Assembly: GCA_965227835.1 (NCBI GenBank)
Contig: OZ245768.1
Coordinates: 90,001 to 122,000, forward strand
Length of the DNA: 32,000 nucleotides
Direction of reading: 5' to 3'
From: Candidatus Saccharimonadota bacterium
Lineage (GTDB): Bacteria; Patescibacteriota; Gracilibacteria; BD1-5; UBA6164
Shown: positions 1 through 10,165 of the stretch, piece by piece
Position numbering within the stretch: position 1 is the stretch's first letter
Layout of the letters: each line of letters begins with the position of its first letter
Made by a program: the position numbers and the translations under genes
The notes under the pieces: model-generated
What the model was told of the DNA's origin: nothing
Database searches by the model: none
What the model saw: only the letters and a program-made list of their open reading frames with translations

Positions 1-1299
<1,299 letters not shown>

Positions 1300-1442
1300 T
1301 AACTTTTATATTCTTGTCAATATAGGGCTTCATCCCTTTGCTATATGATATTTTGGGTAAATAATTGTTACAGGTTGAAACTCTCTTCTTGGTATATTTT
1401 GAGTAGGTATGATAAGGGGCTGGAAATCTTTTTTGAGTTTTA

Positions 1443-1466
1443 CAAAAGGCTAAAGCCTTCTGTTGA
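1443..1466 (+). repeat. 24-nt hairpin motif copy a: CAA-AAGGC-TAAA-GCCTT-CTGTTGA
   Basis: Member of a recurrent intergenic motif family (other copies at 3948, 4950, 9068, 11903, 27688). Lies 145 nt downstream of the helicase stop. Confidence 0.6.
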
Positions 1467-1583
1467 ACTAAATATGATAAGAGACTGAAACTTCCTTTTG
1501 ATAATAAATACAACAAATAGCTTCAACCTTCTATTGAAGATCCATTCAATAAGAAATTATATATAAATTTAAAATAATGTATT

Positions 1584-2150
1584 ATGAATAATGAAAAAGA
1601 CATAATTATAATGGATTTAGAATATACTGCTTGGGAAGGAAACAATGAGCATTGATGGAGAGAAGACTTATGACAATACAAAGAGATAATACAAATAGGA
1701 GCTGTAAGGACAAATAGTACTTTTTCTAAAAAAATAGATAGTTTTTCGTGTTTCGTTAAACCTAAAATAAATTTTGTACTTTCTGAATATATAAAAAATC
1801 TTACAAAAATCTCTCAGGAAGATATAGACACTAAATGAATTGATTTCTTTGAAGCTATAGATAAATTTATTTCTTGGTCATGCTGACTACCTATATATAG
1901 CTATTGAAATGATTTTGGTATTATCAAACATAACTTTGAACTTTATAAGAAAGAAATTTCTTTCCCCAATGAATTTTATGATATAAAAGATACTTTTAAA
2001 AAATATTGAATAGACAGTAATAAATTTAATAGTTGAACGATAAATAGGGCTGTATGACTTAAAACAAATTTTGTAGAGCATGATGCTTTATGAGATGTAA
2101 ATAACATAATAGATACTTTAAATTTTTTAAATAAAAATAATAACATATAA
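1584..2150 (+). CDS. DEDDh-type 3'-5' exonuclease (DnaQ/KapD-like)
   Basis: ATG 1584 to TAA 2148-2150, frame open with TGA=Gly. The N-terminal IIIMDLEYTAWEG matches the ExoI D-x-E motif. The C-terminal HDALGDV matches the ExoIII H-x4-D motif. Confidence 0.75.
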
Positions 2151-2162
2151 ATTCTTCTAGTT

Positions 2163-3788
2163 ATGACTCTTGAAACAAAAAATAGTGAAAGATACAGGAT
2201 AAAAACTAGAAATATCTTTCCAGATGATCATAAATACCTAACTTTTTTGAAAAAGGTTTTTAGGCATGAATTTAGAAAAAATGGTTTTAGAAGAATTTCT
2301 ACACCTTTTTTTGATGAAAAAAATTTCTTCCAAAAAGTTTTTTGAGAAGATTTAAAAGATAGTCTTATAGATTTCAAGGTTTGAGACTTAGATAGTTTTT
2401 GTCTTAATCCAAGTCCGAGTATTTTAAATTTTAAAGCTTATTTAAAGGAAGAAAAAGATTATGATATACAGCCTGTTTATAATTATTTTATGTGAACTTA
2501 TTTCCCTAAAATTTGAGATTTTTGCACAGAGTGAAAGATTCTTTTTGGTTGAGATGTAATATGAGAAAATGATGTAATTATAGATGTGGTTAATTTGTAT
2601 ATTGTTTCCAATATACTTGATAAAATTTGATTCAAGTGAGAGTATAAGATAAAAATAAACTTTATTTGAAACAAAAAAGAGATATTGAAATATAGTGAAG
2701 CTTTAGAAGAATTTTATTCTGATAAAAAACATATATTAACTGAAAAATGACTAGATTTTCTAGAAGGTTGAGATGTTTTAAAGATTTTTTCGAGCGATAA
2801 TGAAGATGAACAGATTCTTTTCAAAAGTTCTCCTAAAATAGATAAGTTTTATAAAAAAGATAGTAAGAGTGATGTTTTGAGGTTAAAAAAATATTTAGAG
2901 ATATTAAATCTAGATTATGTATGGGATTCTTATTTATTTTGAGAATATGATTTTAATGATTGAGTTATATGGGAAATAAAATTGATAGAAAATTGAGATC
3001 AAACCCAAAACTCTTTCCAAGAGGACCTTACTCCCAACCCTTTCCAAGGGGACTCTACCCCTAACCCCTCTCTGCACGGACCTCACCCCCAGCCCCTCTC
3101 CTCTAAGGAGAGGGGGGTAGGACAGAGGTTATTTAACTCTAGTCTTCCTCAAACACATTCTAATTTTATTCAGCCAAAACTCAGCTCCAGCTCTTTTCAA
3201 GAAAACCTCACTCCCAGCCCCTCTCCTTTGGAGGATAGGGTAGTAGGACAGGGGGAGAGTTTATTCGAAAATTGAGTTGAAGAGGAGGATTCTTATATTG
3301 ATAAAAATATTTTGGCTAGGGGATATTGATATAATGAGTTATCAATTTTGCTAGGAGAGAGTAAAGAAATTGCTTGAAGTTGATTTTGGGTTGATATACT
3401 TAAGTTGATAAATTCTTTAAAATCAAAAAATATTTGTATAAAAAATAAAGATAAACTAGATTTGTTTTTTGTTCAGCTTGGTGATGATGCTAAAAAGGTT
3501 GTTATGCCTCTTAGTTTGAAAGCTAGAAATGCAGGTATAAATACAGCTGTTTCTCTTGGTACTCCTTCTATAAAAGATCAAATGTTAAAGGCTCAAAGGA
3601 GTTGAGCTACTTATGTTGTGATTGTGTGAGTTATGGAAGCAAAGTCTTGAGTTTTTCAAGTTAGGAATAATATCTCAGGTGTACAAGAAGAGGTAAAAAA
3701 AGACGAGCTTATAGATTATATAATAGATAAAATTGGGAGTGAGGCTCTTGATTTTTACGACCCTAGTAGGGATTTATTGGAAGAATAA
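2163..3788 (+). CDS. hisS: Histidine--tRNA ligase carrying an in-frame GC-rich insertion
   Basis: I checked every codon of frame 0 from ATG 2163 to TAA 3786-3788 and found no TAA/TAG. It has a class II HisRS-like N-terminus (RNIFPDD..FRKNGFRRISTPFFD), a GYGYNELS..GSGFWVDIL motif-3 region and a C-terminal anticodon-binding domain (FFVQLGDDAKK..ATYVVIVG). Confidence 0.85.
3000..3262 (+). mobile_element. GC-rich palindromic repeat insertion inside hisS, translated in frame
   Basis: Local GC is far above the surroundings. It contains hairpin CCCCTCTCC-TCTAA-GGAGAGGGG (3093-3115), a decayed second copy (3218-3241) and CTCACCCCCAGCCCC / ACTCCCAACCC modules shared with the repeats at 3948-6262 and 28763-29485. 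It encodes LTPNPFQGDSTPNPSLHGPHPQPLSSKERGVGQ...LTPSPSPLEDRVVGQGE with no stop. Confidence 0.75.
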
Positions 3789-3947
3789 ATAGATTTTTTT
3801 ATTTTTTATATGGATTCTAGATTTACAAAAATATAAAGTTCTCTGCCTACTAAAAATTAAAATAAACATAAAAAGTAGAGAATGAGTTATGTTTTTTTAT
3901 AATCATTTAATTTTATTTTCACTTATTCAATTATTTTAAACATTTTA

Positions 3948-4113
3948 CAAAGAGCTAAAGCTCTCTGTTGAAAAATTTAAAATAAACATAAAAATATTTG
4001 TTCCTTCCCTCTCCTCCAAAGGAGAGGGTTAGGGTGAGATCTGTTTGGGCTAGGTTTATATATTGCCCTATACAAGGGGTCAAGACCCCTTGTCTTAAAG
4101 AGAGACTGAATAG
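3948..4113. repeat. Composite GC-rich repeat element A (short form)
   Basis: 24-nt hairpin motif (3948-3971), AT-rich linker, hairpin CCCTCTCC-TCCAAA-GGAGAGGG (4007-4028), TTAGGGTGAG, hairpin ACAAGGGGTC-AA-GACCCCTTGT (4072-4093), then GACTGAATAG. Near-identical ends to elements B and C. Confidence 0.85.
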
Positions 4114-4204
4114 TTCTTTAGTTTTTGTGTTTTTATACAATTCCATTTTAGTAAATAGTGGTACCTATCTACTGGTACAGTTAATACATCACACAAAAAA
4201 ACTT

Positions 4205-4233
4205 TTGACAAAAAATATATATTTTTATATAAT
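4205..4233 (+). promoter_or_regulatory. Consensus sigma70-type promoter TTGACA-N17-TATAAT
   Basis: TTGACA at 4205-4210, a 17-nt spacer and TATAAT at 4228-4233. Followed about 60 nt later by an imperfect hairpin (AAGGG..CCCCTT) plus a T-run ending near 4297. Confidence 0.4.
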
Positions 4234-4297
4234 GTATACATATCCATACGAAAGGGTTCCAAAAAGTGTTAGTGCTTTAGGATCCCCTTTTTTATTT

Positions 4298-4789
4298 TTA
4301 AGAATATTCAAGATGATTTTTTGCATTTTTTAAATAGTAATATTTCTTGAAAGTAAGTTTATTATACAGGGAAGATGCAAATTTTTTATTAGGAAAAAGT
4401 ATTTTTTCAAACCTATCTTTCTCAATAAGGTAATCAACCAATATTTTGAAATCTCAATCTCAAGTAACTAAAATAATTTTTTCAAACCTATCTCATCTAT
4501 CTATTAAATTTTTCATAATATAAAAAATCATATCAGTATCTATATTTCATTTTTTTAATGAATCCATTTCAGAGACTTGTTTCTTAAAAATCAATTTAAA
4601 TCAAGCATTTTTAATATTATCATATAAATCTTTATTTTTATCATTCTTAAATCATATGAAGTAATAAGCTTTTTTTACTTTATATTTATCTTTTAAAAAT
4701 ATTCTAAATTTATATAAATCTATTTTCCAATTATCTTGTGAAGTTCAAAGGTGTAGGTTTTGTCAGTCTATGAAAGTATAGTTTTTCAT
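4298..4789 (-). CDS. NYN-domain (LabA/DUF88-like) putative RNase
   Basis: ATG (complement of 4787-4789) to TAA (4298-4300), 163 aa. The N-terminal FIDGQNLHLG and central LVTGDGDF (both Gly = TGA) are the NYN/LabA signatures. Confidence 0.75.
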
Positions 4790-4949
4790 AACTTATAAAT
4801 AGTCAATTATTATTTGATAATCTAATTCTTTTCTTTCTTTTTTCTACCAGGTTTAAGTATTTCTTTATGATAGGAAATGTTTTCTAGTTTATTATTATTA
4901 ATTTCAATTTTATTATATTTTTATTTTTTCAATTAGTTTAAACATTTTA

Positions 4950-5176
4950 CAAAGAGCTAAAGCTCTCTGTTGAAAAATTTAAAATAAACATAAAAATATT
5001 TGTTCCTTCCCTCTCCTCCAAAGGAGAGGGTTAGGTTGAGGTCTTGCTTGGAAGGGGTTAGGGTGAGTTTGAGCTGGAGATAGTTACGTCTTTTTAGGTT
5101 TAGAGGAGGTCTTTCTCAGAGAGAGTTAATCTTAGACAAGGGGTCAAGACCCCTTGTCTTAAAGAGGACTGAATAG
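4950..5176. repeat. Composite GC-rich repeat element B (long form)
   Basis: Same architecture as element A with about 100 bp of extra internal sequence that it shares with element C (GTTAGGGTGAGTTTGAGCTGGAGA.AGTTACGTCTT...GAGGAGGTCTTTCTCAGAGAGAGTTAATCTTAGACAA). Confidence 0.85.
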
Positions 5177-5201
5177 TTCTTTATGAGTTTTTCGAATTAC
5201 T

Positions 5202-5594
5202 CTAATCAATATTGGCATTTTTTCTTTTTTCTTCTCTTCTTTTTCTTCTTTGTTCGTTTGCTATAACACTAAATTCAAAAAAATATCTTTCAAAAAATTT
5301 TTTATCTGACTTGTATTCGTTGTATCAAAAAAAATAGTCTGATATAAGTTCACGGATCATACATATCTCTTTTAACTTCGGTGTATTTTTCCATTTTTTG
5401 TCTGCCATTGCCATATCTAACAGTTCATATGCTCTGTTTATAGAGCCTGTAAATTCTTTTTCTTTTCAATTTTCAATATTATTTAAGCTTCTTCATACTT
5501 CTGCTCATATATTGGCTAGTTGTTCATATATAGATAATTCAAACCATCTTCATGATTCAAGAATGTCTCTATGGAATATTATGTGTTTTAGCAT
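5202..5594 (-). CDS. Hypothetical all-helical protein (130 aa); weak resemblance to MazG-like EXXE/NTP-pyrophosphohydrolase helices
   Basis: ATG (5592-5594) to TAG (5202-5204) with TGA=Gly. The start overlaps the upstream gene stop (ATGCTAA). Sequence LSIYEQLANIGAEVGRSL..AYELLDMAMADKKWKN..LKEICMIRELISDYF. Confidence 0.6.
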
Positions 5595-5941
5595 ATAATT
5601 TTTTTGTTTATTAAGTTTTCAATGGTATTTCTTATGTTTTCATCTTCTATATATCTGCTTTTGTTATTTTGATTTGGTCTTATATTTATCATAGAATCGT
5701 ATTCTATGAAATTAGGTGTGTTATAATTATCTGAATATAGATTAATTCACCATAAGTTTTCTTGTTCATATCATTCATCAATCATCATATCTTCTTCATC
5801 TACATGTAAAACTCATCATATAACGAAATCTCAAGACTTTATGTCTATTACTACTTTTGCTAATTTGTTTCCCTCAGGAGAAGAGCAATTTTCATATTCT
5901 TTTATTTCTTCAATTGTTATATTACTTATTATTTTTTTCAT
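5588..5941 (-). CDS. Hypothetical protein (117 aa), first gene of an overlapping pair
   Basis: ATG (5939-5941) to TAA (5588-5590), open with TGA=Gly. I recognise no motif family with confidence. Confidence 0.55.
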
Positions 5942-6047
5942 TTTTTTTATAATATTTTTTTAATTTTTTACTTTCAATTTTATTATATATTTATTTTTAT
6001 TTCTGCAATGGATTTTTTTATAATTATACTTTAATCTTTACTTTAAA

Positions 6048-6262
6048 AACGCTAAAGCTCTTTTTTGCCAAAAACATAAAAATATTTGTTCCTTCCCTCT
6101 CCTCCAAAGGAGAGGGTTAGGGTGAGGTCTGTTCGGATATTGTTAGGGTGAGTTTGAGCTGGAGAGAGTTACGTCTTGCTAGGCTTAGAGGAGGTCTTTC
6201 TCAGAGAGAGTTAATCTTAGACAATGTGTCAAGACCCCTTGTCTTAAAGAGAGACTGAATAG
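6048..6262. repeat. Composite GC-rich repeat element C (long form, degenerate 5' hairpin motif)
   Basis: Shares CATAAAAATATTTGTTCCTTCCCTCTCCTCCAAAGGAGAGGGTTAGGGTGAGGTCTGTTC and the distal hairpin/GACTGAATAG end with A and B. The distal hairpin carries two substitutions (ACAATGTGTC). Confidence 0.85.
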
Positions 6263-6423
6263 TTTTTTAACACTTAAAAAATAATAATTTTTGTAATGCT
6301 TTTGCAACTAAATTTAAACCAATAAAAATAAAAATAAATCTTTTTTGTTCCAAAATTTGCGAGCAGTGAAAAAGTATGTTATCATTTATCTTATAAAGTT
6401 TATAAATAATTTATTTAAGATAG

Positions 6424-8718
6424 ATGTACCTGACAAAAATTAAAGATTTTTTACTTCAAAACAAAAAAACAATTTTTTTTCTTGTTTTTTTGTTTTTTAT
6501 TTTTTTCCCAGAATTAGGTTTTGGTAATCAACCTGCTGATAATTGATGAAATGGAGGTGATAATAATTGAGAAAATCAAAATATGTTAATTGAAATTATA
6601 AATTTATTTATAGCTATAGGTTGAGTTTTGATTTGACTTATGACTCAATTTGTTTGATTATTTTTAACTCCTGGTTGGACTGATGGTAGTGCTGTTTGAT
6701 TTAATTGAGATTTGAAAAAACTATGGATTTTGGTTTCCAATGTGGTTTATACTATATTTGCGATAATTTTGATAATTATTGCTTTTATGAATATTATTTG
6801 AAAGTGAGAAAATACTTGGGAGCTAAAACAAGCTTTACCCAAATTTATAGTTTGAGTTTTGATAGTTCCTTTTTCTTGGTTTATAGTAGCAGCTTTTGTG
6901 GGTATTAGCTCTATACTTACTGTTTCTGTACTTAGTATTCCTATGGAGCATTTTAGCACAAAACTTGATAAAGCTAATTGGGATAAAATTTATATTAGTA
7001 AAGAATATACATTTAATCTAACTAATACTTGATCCAATAATGCTATAGAAACAGACGATAATACTAAAATCAATTTAAAAGAATTTATAGAAGAGGGTAA
7101 TAATATATTTTCTATAATGACTCTTTATACATATTGAGTTATGTCAGTTGATGATCGTTGAAAAATGTTTGGATGAGATGAAATAAAAACATTTGGTGAT
7201 TTAAGTGTGAAAATTATTTTTGATTTGATTTTTTTTGTTATATTTTTTCTGCTCCTTATAGCATTATTATTATCACTTTTTCTCAGATGAATACTTATAT
7301 GGGTTTTTACTGTTTTATCTCCTATTTTTGGTTTGCTTTATTTCTTTTGAGATAAAGCTACTGAAGGTTTGAAAAAATTTAGTTTTTCAAATTTTGTTTG
7401 ACTAGTAATGATGCCTGTTTATGTTGCGGCCGCTTTGTCTTTTGGATTACTTTTTATTTCTGTTGCATGAAATAATATTACTGATGATTCAAATTGTGAA
7501 CCAGCTAAACAACTTTGTGTTACAAATACTAAAGATAACACAGTTTCTACGATTGAGTTTCTATGAATTAAACTAAACTTTAAATGATCTTTTGGTTCTT
7601 CATGAAATGAAATTAAAAGTTTTATATGAGGTCTTAAATGATCTTTTGGGCAACTTATATTACAGATTTTTTGACTTGTGATTTTATGGATGTCTGTTAT
7701 GGCTGCTCTTAGAACTAGTGAGCTTACAAAAGAGGTTATATCTCCTATAGAGAGTTTTTGAAATTCTATATGAAACCTGGCTATGAAAGCTCCTACTTAT
7801 GCACCTATAATTCCAGCTCCTGGGGGGGCTATGAGTCTTAAATGATTAGAAAAAGTTTGAGGAATGCCTCAAGCAGCTTTAGAATCTAGGTCTGGTAGGA
7901 AAGTTTGAACATATCAAGATGGTATTAATAATTTTTTCTGAACAAAAACTTTTAGTGCCCAAGATAAAGCTAAACTAGGTCAATTATATACCAATTGAGT
8001 TAATAATAATAATTTACGACATATACAAAATATCTTACAGAGAAATATATCAGAGTTATGACTTAGCAACAGGGATATGAAATTAGAACTTGAAAGATAT
8101 TTTAGTGAAATTTCAAAAAAATCTAATAATAATGAATTTAGAGATAAGGAAATTAAAGATTTTATTAATGCCGATTGAAGTCTTACAAAATTATGATATG
8201 CTGCTATGCATATGGATGATATGAATGAGTTATCTTCTCAATTTTCAGAGATAGATGTTACTTCATATAATTCTTCAAATAGACTACCTTGATGATCTAG
8301 ATGAAGTACTAATCAACCCACTACTCCAAATCCAACTAGAGCTTCTTCTGGCTTGCCTGATATAAATATAGAAAGTAATATAAGAATAAATGAAAATTGA
8401 GCTGTAGAAAATACAAGTCTTTGAACAGTTGTTCAACAAATTATAAATCAATTGGACCCAAATGAATTTAATTCTTCTACAATGACTGAAGATGAATTTA
8501 GAAGGGACCTTAAAAGTTCTATAAACGGTAAAATAACTGATCCTACCAGTTTAGATGAGGTTGTATCAAGAGTTATTACTTGAATTCAAGAACAAGAAGT
8601 TTCTCCATCATCAAAAACTACAAGAACATTTAAAGTTGAAGAATCTTCTAATCCTAGTGATTCTTCTGCCCCTACATCTACTGATGGAGTTCCAGATGCT
8701 AGTTGATCAAACCCTTAA
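6424..8718 (+). CDS. Large multi-pass membrane protein (764 aa) with Gly/Asn-rich N-terminal segment and Ser/Pro/Thr-rich C-terminal tail; possibly TrbL/VirB6-like
   Basis: I checked every codon of frame 1 from ATG 6424 to TAA 8716-8718 and it is open. It has several long hydrophobic stretches (e.g. IFFLVFLFFIFF, VYTIFAIILIIIAF, IIFDLIFFVIFFLLLIALLLSLF, LVMMPVYVAAALSFGLLFISV). The functional assignment is a guess from architecture only. Confidence 0.8.
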
Positions 8719-8725
8719 ACCAAAA

Positions 8726-8763
8726 AAATAATTTCTTTAAATTTTAAAGAAATTATTTTTTTT
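8726..8763 (+). terminator. Rho-independent terminator
   Basis: 13-bp perfect stem AAATAATTTCTTT / AAAGAAATTATTT with a 7-nt loop, running into a T-tract, immediately after the 6424-8718 stop. Confidence 0.75.
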
Positions 8764-8983
8764 AAAAGAGCTTTAAATCTATTTATCAAACCTCCAAATA
8801 TTTACAGCTTTTCATGCATAAAAAATCTGCATTTTATCAATCGTAGAAGTATTCCATCAGTTTTCGAGAGAATAATGATCACCAAATTCCTTTGAAACAA
8901 CATATGTGCTTTTTGAATAGATACTAATTTTTTCTCTTTAAAATAGCATTCAATTATATTTTTTAGAGTATATCATATCTTCT

Positions 8984-9015
8984 ATAGTAAACTAACTTGT
9001 AAGTTAGTTTACTAT
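8984..9015. repeat. Perfect 15-bp inverted repeat ATAGTAAACTAACTT-GT-AAGTTAGTTTACTAT
   Basis: Read directly. A third half-site AAGTTAGTTTACC occurs at 9140-9152. Confidence 0.6.
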
Positions 9016-9067
9016 TGATAAACAAACTAGATAGTCTCTTTTCAAAAATAGAAACTTCCTACAATAG

Positions 9068-9091
9068 CAAAAGGCTGAAGCCTTCTGTTGA
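9068..9091 (+). repeat. 24-nt hairpin motif copy e: CAA-AAGGC-TGAA-GCCTT-CTGTTGA
   Basis: Same family as 1443-1466. The loop is TGAA instead of TAAA. Confidence 0.6.
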
Positions 9092-9698
9092 CGAAAAATA
9101 AAACTATTAATTTTTCTGCAGGATATTAATCTAATTTATAAGTTAGTTTACCATAAAAGTTGCATTTTGTGAGATTCTATCATTTTTATTTGACAAAATC
9201 AAATAATTGATTAAAATCCGAAAATGTTCTATGTATTGGAACTTGTTTAATATGTTTCAAAGCCGAGGCTCGAAACTTCAAACCCCAAAGGTTTGCTTGT
9301 AAATCTTTTTTAACCATAAATCTATGACAAGAACAAATATACAATTCTTTTTTTTCTTTAGTTTCTTACAAAAAGAGATTGTTTTTTGTTTTTAGCCATA
9401 TCAAAAGTTGATGAAGATAAAAAATAGTTTCTTTTTGCAAAGAAACTGTTTTTTACTATTTAATTTTAAAATCTATGAGCAAAATAATAACACTATGACC
9501 AGATTGATCATATTGCTCCAAAGTAGCTAAAAGAGAGCTACCTAACTTTCCTATATTTTACTCCAGCTCTAACTCTGAAACTATATCAAATTTGTGAGAT
9601 ATGACTTAGATATAGATATACTTTAAAATTTTTTTGTTTTTTGTCTTTTTTGTATAAAATGTTCCAAATATCAAAATTTAGTTTTTAAAAATACATTT

Positions 9699-10031
9699 AT
9701 GGCAAATAGTCACTGACTAACTTCAAGAATTATAAAAAAACAAGCTGCAGCTAGAAAGTTATCAAAAAACAAGAAAAAGGCAGCACAGGTTTATATATGA
9801 AATGAAAACCCTCAAACAAGAAAAAACCAATCTTATAAAGCTAGAAAACAATATCTTGAAAATAAACAAAATTTTCCTAAAAAAAAGCTAAAAACCAAAA
9901 ATATCCAAAGTCTTATAGAACAGTGAATCATAGATGAGAGATGATTTTTTGTTAAATGAAAAAAGAAAAATTTTATTACAAAATCCATGGTTGATTCTAA
10001 ATGACTTGATTTTTATGGTATGCCTAGATAG
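9699..10031 (+). CDS. Small Lys-rich basic hypothetical protein (110 aa)
   Basis: ATG 9699 to TAG 10029-10031 with TGA=Gly, followed by a strong terminator. No recognisable motif. Confidence 0.4.
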
Positions 10032-10056
10032 ATTTTACATTCTTTTTCAAAAAATG

Positions 10057-10083
10057 AAAAAACAGCTGAAAGCTGTTTTTTTA
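10057..10083 (+). terminator. Rho-independent terminator
   Basis: AAAAAACAGCT-GAA-AGCTGTTTTTT hairpin plus T-tract. Confidence 0.7.
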
Positions 10084-10165
10084 GTTTTTGTACATAAAAA
10101 TTTGATTTGTATTCTATTTTAATATAAAACAGAAGTATTATTTGATATTTTAATATAATACAATT

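Noticed and set aside
3948-6262. The GC-rich repeats considered as a CRISPR array.
   Set aside because: The repeat units are 165-230 bp, not 24-48 bp. They are spaced about 1 kb apart with protein-coding genes between them, and they differ internally (short versus long form). There is no leader or cas gene. Copies also occur inside hisS and recG.
3948-6262. The repeats considered as integron attC sites defining a cassette array.
   Set aside because: No intI-type integrase or attI is present in the window. The GTTAGGG/GTTAGGT strings only partly fit the GTTRRRY core. The same modules are also inserted inside coding sequences, which attC sites are not known to do. The idea is kept only as an alternative to test in the corresponding finding.
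9475-9609. 44-codon + strand ORF (MSKIITLGPDGSYCSKVAKREL...) resembling the N-terminus of prephenate dehydratase.
   Set aside because: The resemblance is limited to a short LGP.GS motif. The ORF is short and terminated early. The opposite strand of the same DNA shows an equally weak RadA-like string. The evidence is insufficient to call either one.
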